From IMG/VR virus record IMGVR_UViG_3300045988_166882: a stretch of DNA of 64,000 nt; one strand, written 5' to 3'. The position numbers and the translations under genes are program-made. Source of the stretch: a virus. This document shows positions 63,616 to 64,000 of the stretch, in pieces; position 1 is the first letter of the stretch, and each line of letters opens with the position of its first letter. Below the pieces are notes generated by a model. The model searched no databases, had not been told where the DNA came from, and saw nothing but the letters and a program-made list of their open reading frames with translations.

Positions 63616-64000
63616 ATGAATCTCACTACCTCCATACGCAGCAAGGTCGTTGTTTCGCCATCGAACGAAGTGACGATCACCGCCGCGGCCAGTGGCAACT
63701 TGCCTGAAATCTACGAGGCAGAGATTCTCCAAGAGCCCAAGACCGTCAACAATACGCCGGGTGTCCAAGGCGACCTGATGATCAGTTTGGATAAGCCCCC
63801 CGCTGACGCTGCCCTTACCAGTGATGGCAGGCTCGTTTTAACGGTCAGCGACGGTGAAGAAGGTAAGTACCATCGCGACGACTCCGATTTGATGTACGAC
63901 CGCGCTGAGGACCCTCAACTGAATAACGTCATGGCCGCAGTCGGCGACATGCTGCTGGTGGCTATCACGTGCGACATATCAGGGCGCGTTTCACTGGCTT
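63616..64000 (+). CDS. baseplate/tail-fibre module protein, 3'-truncated by the window edge
   Basis: ATG at 63616, two nt after the upstream stop. Open to the end of the window. Confidence 0.55.
   Translation, partial: MNLTTSIRSKVVVSPSNEVTITAAASGNLPEIYEAEILQEPKTVNNTPGVQGDLMISLDKPPADAALTSDGRLVLTVSDGEEGKYHRDDSDLMYDRAEDPQLNNVMAAVGDMLLVAITCDISGRVSLA

Noticed and set aside
1-64000. CRISPR arrays, integrase or invertase genes, transposases, rRNA genes.
   Set aside because: No regularly spaced direct repeats and no recognisable tyrosine or serine recombinase or transposase motifs appear in any plausible ORF. No rRNA-like conserved strings were seen. Absence applies to this window only.

Overview
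This window is a contiguous, tightly packed segment of a large dsDNA phage genome with a contractile tail. All convincing genes but one lie on the + strand, and many start/stop codons overlap (ATGA, TGATG, TAATG). The host is probably a Bacteroidota member. Evidence: repeated intergenic promoters carry the Bacteroidetes-type -7 box TAnnTTTG with TTG about 20 nt upstream, and start codons sit in A-rich contexts without Shine-Dalgarno sequences.

Layout:
- 18-10063: small early-type genes of unknown function, interrupted by a peculiar 400-nt non-coding block at 8084-8483.
- 10103-13070: HU-like gene; a roughly 1.05-kb protein-free, hairpin-dense interval holding tRNA-Gln(UUG); a free-standing GIY-YIG/NUMOD3 homing endonuclease; and a DnaQ-like exonuclease.
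- 14361-17078: large terminase split in its P-loop by a 351-aa LAGLIDADG intein.
- 17098-23711: nucleotide/DNA-metabolism genes. These are a GT-A glycosyltransferase-like protein, a dUTPase with a ~34-aa insertion, a ferritin-like protein, a DUF2786-like protein, a FEN/5'-3' exonuclease, and a protein resembling thymidine-hypermodification pyrophosphorylases.
- 24069-47359: a strongly expanded head module. Between the portal and the protease-scaffold/major capsid genes lie a repeat-rich acidic protein, a MuF-like protein, a radical SAM/SPASM + PIG-L-like + GT-A trio, an AAA-type ATPase, a kinase-like/ART-like 794-aa protein, and a low-GC tail-fibre island.
- 47432-64000: neck, sheath, tube, chaperones, tape measure, M23 hub and baseplate genes.

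Most interesting candidates:
1. An apparently invertible tail-fibre tip cassette at 42193-44209.
2. The large structured RNA-like region around the tRNA.
3. The radical SAM/deacetylase-like/glycosyltransferase cluster and putative injected effectors inside the head module.

All functional calls come from motifs read by eye. No database search was run.
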